In this document: positions 10,093 to 21,767 of the stretch, piece by piece
Layout of the letters: every line of letters starts with the position of its first letter
Position numbering within the stretch: position 1 is the first letter of the stretch
Assembly: GCA_947449695.1 (NCBI GenBank)
Contig: CANFST010000002.1
Location: 5,427 to 69,426 of the forward strand
Direction: 5' to 3'
Length of the DNA stretch: 64,000 nt
DNA from: Chitinophagales bacterium
GTDB lineage: Bacteria > Bacteroidota > Bacteroidia > Chitinophagales > CAIODY01
Program-made: the position numbers and the translations under genes
The notes under the pieces: model-generated
Told to the model about the DNA's origin: nothing
Databases searched by the model: none
Seen by the model: the letters and a program-made list of their open reading frames with translations, nothing else

Positions 10093-12828
10093 TTATTTTA
10101 GTTTGTAAGAGAGTGTGATGTTTGGAATTAACCCCATGTAATGCACTGGTGTTTCAACTACTTTGCCGTCAACAATTTGATAATTCATGTACCACACATT
10201 TTTTCGTGCATACAAATTGAAAATTGAAAAACCTATGCTGCCGTTGTTACCATTTTTAAATTTGAAATTATAGGTAGCAGCAATGTCTAACCTATGATAA
10301 TCGGGTAAACGCTTTCCGTTTTTTTCAGAAACTGTGATGTAATCTTTTGTTGACCCATCTAACAATGAAACAGTGTAACCGCCTTCGGGTGCTGTGAAAG
10401 GTTTGCCTGTGGCGTAAATCCACGACAAACTAAAATCCCAATCTTTCCATTTGTACATGTGGACTGTTTTAAATTCATGCTTCACATCATTGCTTGCATA
10501 AAAATAGTTGTTGCCATACACGTTAAATTGATTCATCGCTTCTGCCAATGTATAAGCAATCCAACCATTATATTTTCCTTCTTTTTTCTGCAATAAAAAA
10601 TCAATTCCACGAGTGTAACCTTTACCCGTATAAAAATATTCGTTGTAAGAAATTGTGCCGATAGAAGGAGTGAAACGCAGGGTATATTCAGATAACCCTG
10701 TCATCTCTTTGTAATAACTTTCTACATCAAACAACCATTTTCTATTTTCATAACTTGCTCCTAAAACATATTGAGTGGAAACAGCAATAGGAATTTTTTT
10801 ATCGTCAGACAATAACCAAAAATCACGACTGCCTTGTAGAATATCTTCTTTAATTACACGTTTGGCGAATTGATAGTAAGTGCCATAGGATGATTTCAAT
10901 TTAATTTTGTCGGTGATGTTGTAGCTTATATTCAATCGTGGTTCGGTGTAGAATTTTTGAGTAACATCAAAATATGTGTAGCGCAGACCTGGAAGAATTT
11001 CTAATTTACTGTGAAAGAGTTTGATTCTGTCTTGTAGATAATTGGCTATGGTGTTGCCGTTGCTATTTTTATCAATGATGGTGCTGGTATCATTTTGAGA
11101 ATAAGTGTACTTAATTTTATTGTGTGTAGCCGCAACACCAAACTCAATTGAATTGGAGTTGATAGGCTTGTATTCAAAATCAGTTTTTGCGGTGTAATCA
11201 TCTAAATTATTGTTTTCTAAAGTGCCGTTTTTTATATCGTGTGAATTGCCTGAAGCATCTGTGAAACTACCACTGGTGCTGTTATCACGATTGCTGAAAT
11301 AATTGGAATAGCTTAACAAAGTATTGCTGTAAAATTTTTTGTGCCACTGTCTGCTCCATTTTAAACTACCGCCTATGTTACCCCATTTCGTCAAATCAGT
11401 TTGGTTAATACTAAACCCACCTCCACCGCCTCCTCCAGGAGGACCAAAACCGTTTGAACTTGGTTCAATGGAATTATCCAACTTGTCTTTTCCATCATAA
11501 AAACTCAAAGCAACTACATCTTTTTTAGTGGGCTTATAAGTAAATTTAGCATTCATGTCATAGAAAAACGAAGTAACTTTATTGGTGGCATTACTGTTTG
11601 CAAACCTTCCTCCTCCTTGAGTTGTGGTTTGTGAGGTGCTTTTGCTATATTTATTGAAAATGACATCATACAACAAGCCTTGATAACTTCTTCGGTAAGA
11701 AAAAAATGTTGTAATTTTTTTTCCGATGGGTGCTTCAACAAATGCATTCAAACTCATCAAACTTAAATCTACGCCACCATTGAAATATTTTTTGTTGCCT
11801 TCTTTGCCTGTTATATCAACTACACTGCTCAACCTGCCGCCAAACTTACTTTCAAAACTTCCTTTGTATAAATCAACGCTTTTTATTGCATTGCTGTTAA
11901 AGGCACTGTAGAAGCCAAACAGATGCTCGACATTATAAACCGTGAAGCCATCATACAACACCAATACTTGGTCTGGTGTACCACCTCTTACATATAACCC
12001 TGCCGAATTTTCATTGGCTGCACTCACACCTGGCATGAGTTGGTATGCTCTGAAAATGTCTTTCTCTCCTACATTTGGAAGGGTTGCAATTTTTTCAGGC
12101 GTTAATTTTATCATGCTTGTTTTTTCATTGAGCTTAAATGTTTCTACTTGCTTTGCAGAAATTTTAACGGTCTGTAAAGTTTTTGTGGAAGGAGAAAGTT
12201 CAATCAATTTTCCGTCTAACTTTTCAGTAGGCGATAAACACCAATGATAAGTTTCACAACCTAAATAAGTGAAGAAGATAATCGAAGTATCAGATGGAAC
12301 ATTTGTCAAAGTGAAACCACCATCAACATTGGTGTAAACGCCTATCGTTGTGCCGCTGATACCTAACGTAACATAAGGCAAAGGTTCGCCATTCCTGATG
12401 TCCACCACTTTGCCAGTTACATTAAACTTGAATCTGGTTGGTTGCCCGTGATACCTTTCAACAACTTGCACCGCATTTTCATTTTCGTTTTCATCTCTGC
12501 CAATTACACAAATTTCTCCTGCTTTGTTGATGTAAAATTTTGATTGCGTTCGTTTGCAAATTGTTTTCAGCACCTCGGATAATTTTGTTTCCCTAAACTC
12601 TTCCTCCAATTCATATTTTTCCAATCGGTCTTGCTGATATTTTATTTTGAGTTTGTAATCATTTGCAATTTCATCAAGCACCCTATCGGTTGAGGAATAA
12701 GCAAACTTATCCATGGTTCTTTCTAATTTTACTTCTGTTTTTTGCTTTAGCGATAAGGTGTCTTGCGCTTGTGTTTTGAAAGTAAAAAAGAACAATAGGA
12801 AAACGACAATGAACTTTATTGATGACAT
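10093..12828 (-). CDS. TonB-dependent receptor with N-terminal extension and carboxypeptidase-regulatory-like domain (start revised from 12936 to the ATG at 12828)
   Basis: Signal peptide MSSIKFIVVFLLFFFTFKTQA; plug motifs LMPGV, YVRGG, FGGRLSSV; barrel RLPDYHRLD. Confidence 0.88.
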   Translation of the reverse strand: MSSIKFIVVFLLFFFTFKTQAQDTLSLKQKTEVKLERTMDKFAYSSTDRVLDEIANDYKLKIKYQQDRLEKYELEEEFRETKLSEVLKTICKRTQSKFYINKAGEICVIGRDENENENAVQVVERYHGQPTRFKFNVTGKVVDIRNGEPLPYVTLGISGTTIGVYTNVDGGFTLTNVPSDTSIIFFTYLGCETYHWCLSPTEKLDGKLIELSPSTKTLQTVKISAKQVETFKLNEKTSMIKLTPEKIATLPNVGEKDIFRAYQLMPGVSAANENSAGLYVRGGTPDQVLVLYDGFTVYNVEHLFGFYSAFNSNAIKSVDLYKGSFESKFGGRLSSVVDITGKEGNKKYFNGGVDLSLMSLNAFVEAPIGKKITTFFSYRRSYQGLLYDVIFNKYSKSTSQTTTQGGGRFANSNATNKVTSFFYDMNAKFTYKPTKKDVVALSFYDGKDKLDNSIEPSSNGFGPPGGGGGGGFSINQTDLTKWGNIGGSLKWSRQWHKKFYSNTLLSYSNYFSNRDNSTSGSFTDASGNSHDIKNGTLENNNLDDYTAKTDFEYKPINSNSIEFGVAATHNKIKYTYSQNDTSTIIDKNSNGNTIANYLQDRIKLFHSKLEILPGLRYTYFDVTQKFYTEPRLNISYNITDKIKLKSSYGTYYQFAKRVIKEDILQGSRDFWLLSDDKKIPIAVSTQYVLGASYENRKWLFDVESYYKEMTGLSEYTLRFTPSIGTISYNEYFYTGKGYTRGIDFLLQKKEGKYNGWIAYTLAEAMNQFNVYGNNYFYASNDVKHEFKTVHMYKWKDWDFSLSWIYATGKPFTAPEGGYTVSLLDGSTKDYITVSEKNGKRLPDYHRLDIAATYNFKFKNGNNGSIGFSIFNLYARKNVWYMNYQIVDGKVVETPVHYMGLIPNITLSYKLK

Positions 12829-12891
12829 TGAGAATGTTTTGGTGAATGATGAACATGTATTGTTTCTGAATATTTTCATTTGGGTATGGAG

Positions 12892-12922
12892 AATAGGTGT
12901 TTGAGTTGTATTTATCGGAGAA
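12892..12922 (-). promoter_or_regulatory. Putative LytTR binding site 1
   Basis: AATAGGTGT-N11-TTATCGGAGAA, same spacing as the copies at 13859 and 15734. Confidence 0.6.
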
Positions 12923-13795
12923 TCATCTTTTCGCAATCAAAATCTTTTGCCAAAATGTTTTTGCAGAAATTTTTATTTTTGGAATGAAAGCACCTTGACC
13001 ATTCATGTTTGGTGGAGGAGGCATTTGTCCGCCACCACCAAATCCACCGCCATCGCCTCCCATTGGCGGAGCACCACCACCCATCGGAGGCATTCCACCA
13101 CCAGGCATTTGTGGTTCTTCCATTTCCATTACGTTGATTTCAAAACCTAAACCAATTGGCTTTGTAAAATCAGCTATGTTGAAAGCATTTAAAGGAATTG
13201 CAAACTCACAAATCAATGCATGGAAATCATCCCAATCATAAAATGCTTTGATTGGGTTGCGTTGTTCGTTCAAAACAAATTCGCCATTCGGAATATTTTG
13301 AAAGCCTACAACTTCCAATTTTTCTTTTGTTGCATCTGTTTTTGATAAACGCTGAATTTGGCTACTGTCAGGCATTTCAAAATTTATCGGTTGTTCAGTT
13401 CTTCTTGCTCCGAAGTTTTTTGGATGAGGCATCTCATCATGTTTTGAGAAATCAGGCATTGGCTTTTCAACTGGAATCTTCACATAATTCAATTCATTTC
13501 GTTTCCCTTTTTCATCAATAAAAATTTTCAAACCCGAATGCATGAATTGCATTTGTTGGTCAGCATCAAAAATTTTGACACACACAAATAAGTATTGCTG
13601 ATTGTTTGCAAAGCCATATTGAATTTTTGTTTCGCTGTTGTAATAATTCAATAAAGAATCCCACTCGGTTGATTTACCGTCAACCTGAATGGTACTGATA
13701 AAATGTGAGGGATGTTTTTTGGCTGCTTGTAATACCGATGAATAAAGGATTGTAAGACTTATTGCAAATGCAATCCAATTTTTGTTGCGTATCAT
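12923..13795 (-). CDS. Secreted/periplasmic hypothetical protein with Gly/Pro/Met-rich tail (start revised to the ATG at 13795)
   Basis: Signal peptide MIRNKNW...VLQA; VDGKSTEW and EFAIPL motifs reminiscent of CBM9/DOMON-like folds. Confidence 0.65.
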   Translation of the reverse strand: MIRNKNWIAFAISLTILYSSVLQAAKKHPSHFISTIQVDGKSTEWDSLLNYYNSETKIQYGFANNQQYLFVCVKIFDADQQMQFMHSGLKIFIDEKGKRNELNYVKIPVEKPMPDFSKHDEMPHPKNFGARRTEQPINFEMPDSSQIQRLSKTDATKEKLEVVGFQNIPNGEFVLNEQRNPIKAFYDWDDFHALICEFAIPLNAFNIADFTKPIGLGFEINVMEMEEPQMPGGGMPPMGGGAPPMGGDGGGFGGGGQMPPPPNMNGQGAFIPKIKISAKTFWQKILIAKR

Positions 13796-13858
13796 TTTTG
13801 AAATTGTTTTGAATAACGAACGCAAACTTATCGGCAATATTTATTCTGCCAGTAATGA

Positions 13859-13889
13859 AATAGGTGTATAGGTTAAGATTATCGGAAAA
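13859..13889 (-). promoter_or_regulatory. Putative LytTR binding site 2, upstream of -7 box TAAGTTTG (13823-13830)
   Basis: AATAGGTGT-N11-TTATCGGAAAA. Confidence 0.6.
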
Positions 13890-13898
13890 GCAAAAATT

Positions 13899-14606
13899 TT
13901 ATTTGCTCTTCATCCATTGTTGGATGCTTTCTATGTAAGTGTCGCCAATGCTGACTTCCATATTAGAGAGAATAATTTTTTTGTTGCGAATGCTTTTTAT
14001 TTTTTGAATAGGCACAATAAAACTTCGATGAACTCTTTTAAACTGACCTTCGGGGAGCTTATCCAGCATGGCTTTCATGCTGCTCAATGAAAGAACTGGA
14101 AATTTGGAATTGCTCAAAAATATTTTTACATAATCGTCCATGCCTTCAATGAATTCAATCTCACTGCAATTAATTTTGACCATAGCATAATCAGATTTGA
14201 TAAAAATAAAATCATCAGTTACTTGATTTTTGCTTTCTTGTTGACGCAACGAATACAGCTCTAATGCCTTGTTTACTGACTTTTCAAAACGAGTAAATGA
14301 AATAGGTTTCAACAAATAATCTACCACATCTAATTCATAACCATCTAAAGCATACTCACTAAAAGCTGTCGTAAAAATTACTAATGGTTTTATTTGCAAA
14401 GATTTAATCAGTTCAATGCCGCTTACATCAGGCATTTGAATGTCTAAAAAAAGCAAGTCGATTTTTTTATGATTGTGAATGAATTCCACAGCTGCAATGG
14501 CATCAGAAAATGAAGTGATGTATTTTAAGGCTGGGATTTTTTCCAAATGATTTTTAATGACTTCAATCGCTAAAGGTTCATCATCAACAATAAGACAATT
14601 CATCAT
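13899..14606 (-). CDS. LytTR-family response regulator
   Basis: Receiver motifs IVDDEPLA, FLDIQMP, DYLLKP; LytTR motif FKRVHRSFIV. Confidence 0.93.
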   Translation of the reverse strand: MMNCLIVDDEPLAIEVIKNHLEKIPALKYITSFSDAIAAVEFIHNHKKIDLLFLDIQMPDVSGIELIKSLQIKPLVIFTTAFSEYALDGYELDVVDYLLKPISFTRFEKSVNKALELYSLRQQESKNQVTDDFIFIKSDYAMVKINCSEIEFIEGMDDYVKIFLSNSKFPVLSLSSMKAMLDKLPEGQFKRVHRSFIVPIQKIKSIRNKKIILSNMEVSIGDTYIESIQQWMKSK

Positions 14607-15694
14607 AGTGTTAGATTTAGTGTTACTTCAAAAGTGGTTTCTGTTTGATTGATTTTTAATTGATGCAAATTGTTGTATAAATGTTGCAACCGTTGTTTGG
14701 TATTGGTTATGCCAATACCAGATGTTTCTTTCGATTCATTTTTGTTTTTGAAAACATTGTTCTTAACTTGTAAACTCAATGTGTTTGAATTGACTGAAAC
14801 ATATACTTCAATCATTGATTTTTCATGATAGCTGACACCATATTTAAAAGCATTTTCAACAAATGGCATCAATAACAACGGGGCAATGAAATGATGATTT
14901 TCGTTTTCAATGATTTCTAATTTCACTTCTAAATTGTTGCCCATTCTTATTTTCTGCAACTCAACGAAATGTCGTAAATAATCCAACTCCTTATGTAACG
15001 GCACTTTGTCGTGTTGTGCATCGTCAATAACATACCGCATCAAGTTGCTTAATTTGATGACGGCTTCGGCTGTCATATCACTTTTGCTCAATGCTAATGA
15101 ATAAATGCTGTTTAAAGTATTGAATAAGAAATGTGGATTGATTTGAGATTTCAATAATGATAATTCAGTGTTCAGTCTTTCTGCTTCAATTTCTTTCGAA
15201 CGCTTTTCAGACTGCAACCATTCGCTTGTAATTTGAATGGCTGTGCTTAATAACCAAATGACGGCAAACAATAACAACGATTGATAAAAGTCAATGAACC
15301 CGATATGATGTTGTAGTGGTTTCATTTTCATCATTTCGTTTGGCATCGGCATTCCTTGCATGTTCGGAAAATTTGGCGGACGATGAAAATTCATTTCAGG
15401 CATTGGCAAGGAAATAATAATCAAATTAAATCCTAACAGCATTACCACAATGATTACTGCATACCAGAAAAATTTTTTTTGAAAAAATAACTTTGGGATA
15501 AACAAATAAGAGTTGAGGTAAAAAAAAGCAATCGACAAAACATTCAGCACACCAAATTTGATAAGGATAAAATTGCTGAAAGCAGTTTCATTAGTATCGT
15601 TGAAATGTGGCTTTGGTAGAAACAAAAATGGCAATGACAGAAACAAAGCCCATGCAACCACATGAATAAGAATCTTTAAAAATTTTGAACTCAT
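14603..15694 (-). CDS. LytS/YehU-type sensor histidine kinase
   Basis: N-terminal TM helices; LKSQINPHFLFNTLN, FVENAFKYG, GIGITN. Confidence 0.93.
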   Translation of the reverse strand: MSSKFLKILIHVVAWALFLSLPFLFLPKPHFNDTNETAFSNFILIKFGVLNVLSIAFFYLNSYLFIPKLFFQKKFFWYAVIIVVMLLGFNLIIISLPMPEMNFHRPPNFPNMQGMPMPNEMMKMKPLQHHIGFIDFYQSLLLFAVIWLLSTAIQITSEWLQSEKRSKEIEAERLNTELSLLKSQINPHFLFNTLNSIYSLALSKSDMTAEAVIKLSNLMRYVIDDAQHDKVPLHKELDYLRHFVELQKIRMGNNLEVKLEIIENENHHFIAPLLLMPFVENAFKYGVSYHEKSMIEVYVSVNSNTLSLQVKNNVFKNKNESKETSGIGITNTKQRLQHLYNNLHQLKINQTETTFEVTLNLTL

Positions 15695-15733
15695 TGAGTA
15701 AAATTAATTTTCAATGAAACGATTCTTTTACAA

Positions 15734-15764
15734 ATTAGGTATATCGAAGAAGTTTATCGGAGAA
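15734..15764 (-). promoter_or_regulatory. Putative LytTR binding site 3 (autoregulatory)
   Basis: ATTAGGTAT-N11-TTATCGGAGAA upstream of the kinase gene. Confidence 0.55.
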
Positions 15765-15830
15765 GGATTTAGAACTAACGTGGAATACAATGAACGGGTT
15801 TGTTTGTAATCAAATGGAAAATAGACTTCC

Positions 15831-17189
<1,359 letters not shown>

Positions 17190-17205
17190 CTATTTGTTAG
17201 GAATG

Positions 17206-17889
17206 TCAATATGCCTTCTTTGAGATAAAATTATCTAATGGGTAGGTTCTTAATAGCAGCTCCAGATATATTTTAAAACCTACAAATAAAATCAGCACGG
17301 GATATGGGTTGCCAAAGACAAGCCATCCGCCAACCCAAATCACCACAAACTGCACAAAAAGACGTGGGAAAGGTTCAAATAGTAGCTGGGTCATGCTGCA
17401 TTTCGTGTAGGCACCGGTAACAATAAAATCGTTCATAAAACCGTAAAGGACATTGCTTGCAAAAGTGCCAAGCGCTATAGTATAAGAGCCCTGCCCCAAT
17501 AAACTGTAAAGCCCATAAAACAGGTTGCCATCATCAAAGAAAACCTGCAACATCAGCAATGCCGAACCGAAATAAAAAATAATGAAAATTCCAATCATGA
17601 TAAAATCAAAAGCTGACCTTTGCATTTTCTCATCTGAGCCATAATTTTGTAAACTGTAATTTTGTACTCTGTATCTATGCACCACAAGCATTTTTATAAC
17701 ACCAAAAATGCCTAATACAATAGTTTCCAGGGCATAGTATATATAAACACTCTCGGGTTTCCATCCGGCAAATGCAACGCCCATTATCGGATACAGGTTC
17801 CAGAGAATTATTAGTATTGAACCCCTATCTAATTTCGGCCGATAGGAAACCGGATTTTTAATTTCTTCCATTTTATTAATTTTGAACAA
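17206..17889 (-). CDS. DUF6498-like polytopic membrane protein (paralog 1)
   Basis: WNLYPIMGVAFAGW, YALETIVLG, FEPFPRLFVQ; clear similarity to the next ORF. Confidence 0.65.
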   Translation of the reverse strand: MFKINKMEEIKNPVSYRPKLDRGSILIILWNLYPIMGVAFAGWKPESVYIYYALETIVLGIFGVIKMLVVHRYRVQNYSLQNYGSDEKMQRSAFDFIMIGIFIIFYFGSALLMLQVFFDDGNLFYGLYSLLGQGSYTIALGTFASNVLYGFMNDFIVTGAYTKCSMTQLLFEPFPRLFVQFVVIWVGGWLVFGNPYPVLILFVGFKIYLELLLRTYPLDNFISKKAY

Positions 17890-17915
17890 ATGCTTCCTTA
17901 ATCATTTTGCTACTA

Positions 17916-18572
17916 CTATTTTTTTTGCATTTTGCCTACCTGCTCTTTAAGGAGACTAGCTAATGGGTACTTTCTTAAAAGTAAGTCAAGGTATATTTTA
18001 AGGGCGACAAAAACAATTAATACGGGATAGCCATTACCAGTTAAGTTGAAAATAGAGTAGCCCAATATCACCACAAACTGCTGAATAAATACTCGTGGAT
18101 AAGGCTCAAACATTTGCAGATTTAAACTGCGCTTGGTGTATTCACGAGAAAGCATAAAATCGTTTACAAAACTGAAAACATTGTTCAACACAAAAGCGCC
18201 AAGGGCAAGGTTATAAGAACGCTGAGCAAGAATAGCGGCAAGTTCTGCGTCTGGGTCTTTCTGAAAACAAAAGGAAAGCTGGAAAATTACAAAAACGAAA
18301 TAATGAATAATAAAAAACGGAATCATTCCCCAACCGTTGTCAACGGTTTCATTGTCTTTACGCGACCAAGCTGAATAGTAAATAGCTATCATTTTAAAAA
18401 CATTGAATACGCCTACTATGACAGTCTCCAGTGCATAACAGATAAAAACACTCTCGGGTTTCCATCCGCCAAATACAACGCCCACAAACGGAAACAGATT
18501 CCAGATTATAACCGGCAAATCATGCCTGTTCAACTTGGGTAGGAACCAAAAAGTAGTTTGCTTTTGTTTCAT
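17916..18572 (-). CDS. DUF6498-like polytopic membrane protein (paralog 2)
   Basis: WNLFPFVGVVFGGW, YALETVIVG, MFEPYPRVFIQQ. Confidence 0.65.
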   Translation of the reverse strand: MKQKQTTFWFLPKLNRHDLPVIIWNLFPFVGVVFGGWKPESVFICYALETVIVGVFNVFKMIAIYYSAWSRKDNETVDNGWGMIPFFIIHYFVFVIFQLSFCFQKDPDAELAAILAQRSYNLALGAFVLNNVFSFVNDFMLSREYTKRSLNLQMFEPYPRVFIQQFVVILGYSIFNLTGNGYPVLIVFVALKIYLDLLLRKYPLASLLKEQVGKMQKK

Positions 18573-19540
18573 TCGGCAATTGGTTTAGGCGCCGCTGTTT
18601 TGTTACCAGCCTTGTTGATGTATTCCCAATGCGCACTCTGCCATAAGCTATGTTCGCCGTTAAATTCTGCTCTACAATCCATGTTTACTTGTGCTACTCC
18701 GTTTTTAAATGGATAAGCACAACTATATTTTGGTTCTATTATTATTTCTCCAGTGGCATAATCGGCATAACCTATTTTATTGTTGATGATTATTCTGAAA
18801 AGTCCATCCGATGGTTCATCTGGTGCATTATCAAAAGAGTAAACTTTGTATAAAATATCACCTTGCCTATCAATAGCCACCATTTCCGAATCGCCATTTA
18901 CCACTATGCCATAGGTTCTAATTGTATCGGTAAAACATTTTGAGTATTTCATTTCTGTAATTATGGTATCACCATCTTGATTTACATAACCACATTGTTG
19001 TGTACTATTGTTGCAAACTTTAATTAAATAGGATTTTTTATATGCTCTTCTGTTAATTGAATCGGTAACCATAGTAACTATAATCACCATAGCATACATC
19101 AGCACTACTAATATGACAAGGAAAGCAATTAATTGCAACAGCACTTCCCAAATGCTTGGCTTTTCGATTTGCTGTGGTAAAAAATAATGCAGAAAAAGAA
19201 GTTGGGCAAAACTGCCAATTACCCAAAGATAAAAGGGTTGAAAGCTGAAGGGATTTCCGACACTGCCCCAAAACAAACCCATGACGCAAAACCAAATTAA
19301 TGCAACAACAATTGCTAGTGCTACTAATGACAAAAATAGATTGGTAGCTTTTACAAAATATAATATTGTGCTGCTGAAAATGCCAAGTGCCAATGCTAAG
19401 GGTAAAGTCCAAAAGAAAAACGCTTTTGTATCGCCGCTTTGATACCAATTGTTGAGGGCTAAAACAACAACCGAAATGAAAACAAAACATAGCAAGTTGA
19501 TAAGAATGCTAAGGCACTTGATGATAATTGGGTGTTTCAT
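18569..19540 (-). CDS. Membrane protein with C-terminal WG-repeat domain
   Basis: About 5 TM helices, then GYVNQDGDTII, SDGLFRII...KIGYAD, AYPFKNGVAQV, WEYINKAG repeats. Confidence 0.7.
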   Translation of the reverse strand: MKHPIIIKCLSILINLLCFVFISVVVLALNNWYQSGDTKAFFFWTLPLALALGIFSSTILYFVKATNLFLSLVALAIVVALIWFCVMGLFWGSVGNPFSFQPFYLWVIGSFAQLLFLHYFLPQQIEKPSIWEVLLQLIAFLVILVVLMYAMVIIVTMVTDSINRRAYKKSYLIKVCNNSTQQCGYVNQDGDTIITEMKYSKCFTDTIRTYGIVVNGDSEMVAIDRQGDILYKVYSFDNAPDEPSDGLFRIIINNKIGYADYATGEIIIEPKYSCAYPFKNGVAQVNMDCRAEFNGEHSLWQSAHWEYINKAGNKTAAPKPIAE

Positions 19541-19592
19541 TTTTTTATCCTAATTTGGGTTACACAATAATTCCAAAAATTTTGTTCTGTTA

Positions 19593-21734
19593 TTAAAATA
19601 CTAATTCTAAGACTTTACTGAAATTAGAAGTTCTATTGCTGTCATTAGAATCAATTAACCTAACAGTATAAATCATTCCTTTTGCTCCTTTTATTTGGTC
19701 ATCTGTAAAAGTGTTGTTATCCAATTTTATTGTTTTAAAAATCGCCCAAACATTTTCTTTTTTTTCTTTTCTACTAATTTCTACCATTATTTTTTTTTCT
19801 ATTAATTTCACATCAATTTGAAAATTAAGAACGACTGAATTTGTTTGATTATCGTAACTCCCTTTCAGAATTGGCGTTGGTAATTGATTGTTGAATATCG
19901 TTTTCAACAAAATACTCCTTGACATTTTCGACATCAATCCACCGTCATCTTTTGCAATCATAGTGTATTCATATTCTTTTCCACCAATTATTTTTTTATC
20001 TATAAATGAGGTTGTTTGAATGTTCGAATTTGTGAAAATGGTATCGAATTTTATCACTCCTTTTTCTCTTCTTAATAAATAATTTTTCGTGGCATCTTCG
20101 CTACTTGAATTTTCAAAATAAATAATCACAGCAGTGTCATTCACCGAAAATTTAGTGATGATTCCGCTTACTGGCGGAATGGTATCCCGTTTGGTTAATT
20201 CAATGATTTTTGAAGGTGCCGATTGATTAAAATGCGAATCAAAAGAAATCAATTTGTAGAACACTTTTTTGGTGAGCGTTTTTAAAGTTGAAGTATCGTG
20301 AATCGTAAAAATATTATTGCCAAGGCTATCATTAAAAGTTTGATGAATGATAGAAAATTCATGCTCGATATCATTTGCTTTTTGCAATTCATACCCCATG
20401 AAATCTTTTTCAATATTGGGTTTCACTTTAATAGTAACGATGCCAAAGGAATCAATTGTTGCAGAAGTAACGATTGGAACTGCTGGTGGTGTGCTATCAA
20501 TTAAAGTAACATAAGATGGGAAAGATTGACTTGCATTACCTGCTGTATCCACTGCTTCAACGATGTAATAATTAAAACCATTTTTGTCGAAATTTTCATC
20601 AACAAATTTTGTAGTTGTGATGGGTAAAATTGTTTTTGAAATCAACATAAATTTACCATGCACGTCATCACTTCTTTTGATGTTAAATCCTTTCAAATCT
20701 GTTGTTTTCTTTGCATCCATTTCCCAAATTAATTCAACCTTATTAGGAGAAATATGTTTTGCGGATTTTAAATAAGGTGGCGGTGGAGATGTTAAATCAC
20801 GAGGCGTTGCTTCAAACTCCGACAACAATAAATCATCTCCAAAAATGGTTGAAACCACCACTCGGTAATAATATTTCTTGTAGTTAATCAATGCCGAATC
20901 ACCATAACCAAAATCTGATTTTCCTGTATATCCATGCGCTCGTAATTTAATGGTTGGTGTTGTTGTGAGTTGTTTAAAGCTGACACCATTATCATCTGAC
21001 CTTTCTACTTTAAAAGCATAATATTCTTTTGATTCGGGAAATGAAAATGAAATATTTCCATCGCCTTCTTTCACTTTAACTACGTCGTTTTTTTTGAGAT
21101 ATTGTTCGTTGAAATTTTCGCATTTTGCTTTACAATAACTCCAACCTGTTTTTGATTTTTCATTTAAATTATTTATGCGTATTCGATACACATAAGTTGT
21201 CCCGAAAACCACCTCATCATCATTTACTAAAAGTCCCAAACATTCAGCTGCTAATGCGCTTTGGCAGGTAGTCATCAAAACAAATGCAAAAGTATTATCT
21301 GCTTTGTCTTGTTCCGCTTTTAATGTTTTTAAACCGCTGTTCAACACATCACCTTGCGCAACTTTTACACTTGTATCAGTTAATGAATAAGCAAACCCTG
21401 CTAACTTGATGTTGTTGCTGTCATTCTTATTAACAGTATTGATTTTTTGCGCTAATTGTTGATTGCTCCAACGTTTGAATGGAGAATTTTTCAATGCTGT
21501 ATAATTCAATTTTTCAATAGCAACACCTTGTTTCAAAATTGCTTTTTCAATTGTATAACCATTGCTGTTGGCTTCATTAAACAATATAGGTGATGTAGCA
21601 AAATATCTAAGCTCAATATGATTGGCATAGCTTCGAGCCACAATTGCAACATCCTGCTGAGCTTCATTTTTTGTTTGCGATTTTACAATTAAGCAAGCCA
21701 ACACAATTGGAATAAGGACTAATATTTTTTTCAT
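19593..21734 (-). CDS. Secreted fibronectin type III repeat protein
   Basis: Signal peptide; several FN3-type motifs (YYYRVV, DLKGFNIKRS, YYIVEAVDTAGNAS, DSTPPAVP, YEYTMIAKDDGGLMS). Confidence 0.8.
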   Translation of the reverse strand: MKKILVLIPIVLACLIVKSQTKNEAQQDVAIVARSYANHIELRYFATSPILFNEANSNGYTIEKAILKQGVAIEKLNYTALKNSPFKRWSNQQLAQKINTVNKNDSNNIKLAGFAYSLTDTSVKVAQGDVLNSGLKTLKAEQDKADNTFAFVLMTTCQSALAAECLGLLVNDDEVVFGTTYVYRIRINNLNEKSKTGWSYCKAKCENFNEQYLKKNDVVKVKEGDGNISFSFPESKEYYAFKVERSDDNGVSFKQLTTTPTIKLRAHGYTGKSDFGYGDSALINYKKYYYRVVVSTIFGDDLLLSEFEATPRDLTSPPPPYLKSAKHISPNKVELIWEMDAKKTTDLKGFNIKRSDDVHGKFMLISKTILPITTTKFVDENFDKNGFNYYIVEAVDTAGNASQSFPSYVTLIDSTPPAVPIVTSATIDSFGIVTIKVKPNIEKDFMGYELQKANDIEHEFSIIHQTFNDSLGNNIFTIHDTSTLKTLTKKVFYKLISFDSHFNQSAPSKIIELTKRDTIPPVSGIITKFSVNDTAVIIYFENSSSEDATKNYLLRREKGVIKFDTIFTNSNIQTTSFIDKKIIGGKEYEYTMIAKDDGGLMSKMSRSILLKTIFNNQLPTPILKGSYDNQTNSVVLNFQIDVKLIEKKIMVEISRKEKKENVWAIFKTIKLDNNTFTDDQIKGAKGMIYTVRLIDSNDSNRTSNFSKVLELVF

Positions 21735-21767
21735 TTTATTGATTTTGTAGAAATAAAAAAGTTGTTT

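Noticed and set aside
12829-12936. N-terminal extension of the TonB receptor ORF (likewise 13796-13837 for the next gene)
   Set aside because: The signal peptides begin at the downstream ATGs, and the extensions cover predicted regulatory or promoter sites
13005-13241. Proline-rich 78-aa ORF
   Set aside because: Antisense reading of the Gly/Pro-rich tail of the real minus-strand gene
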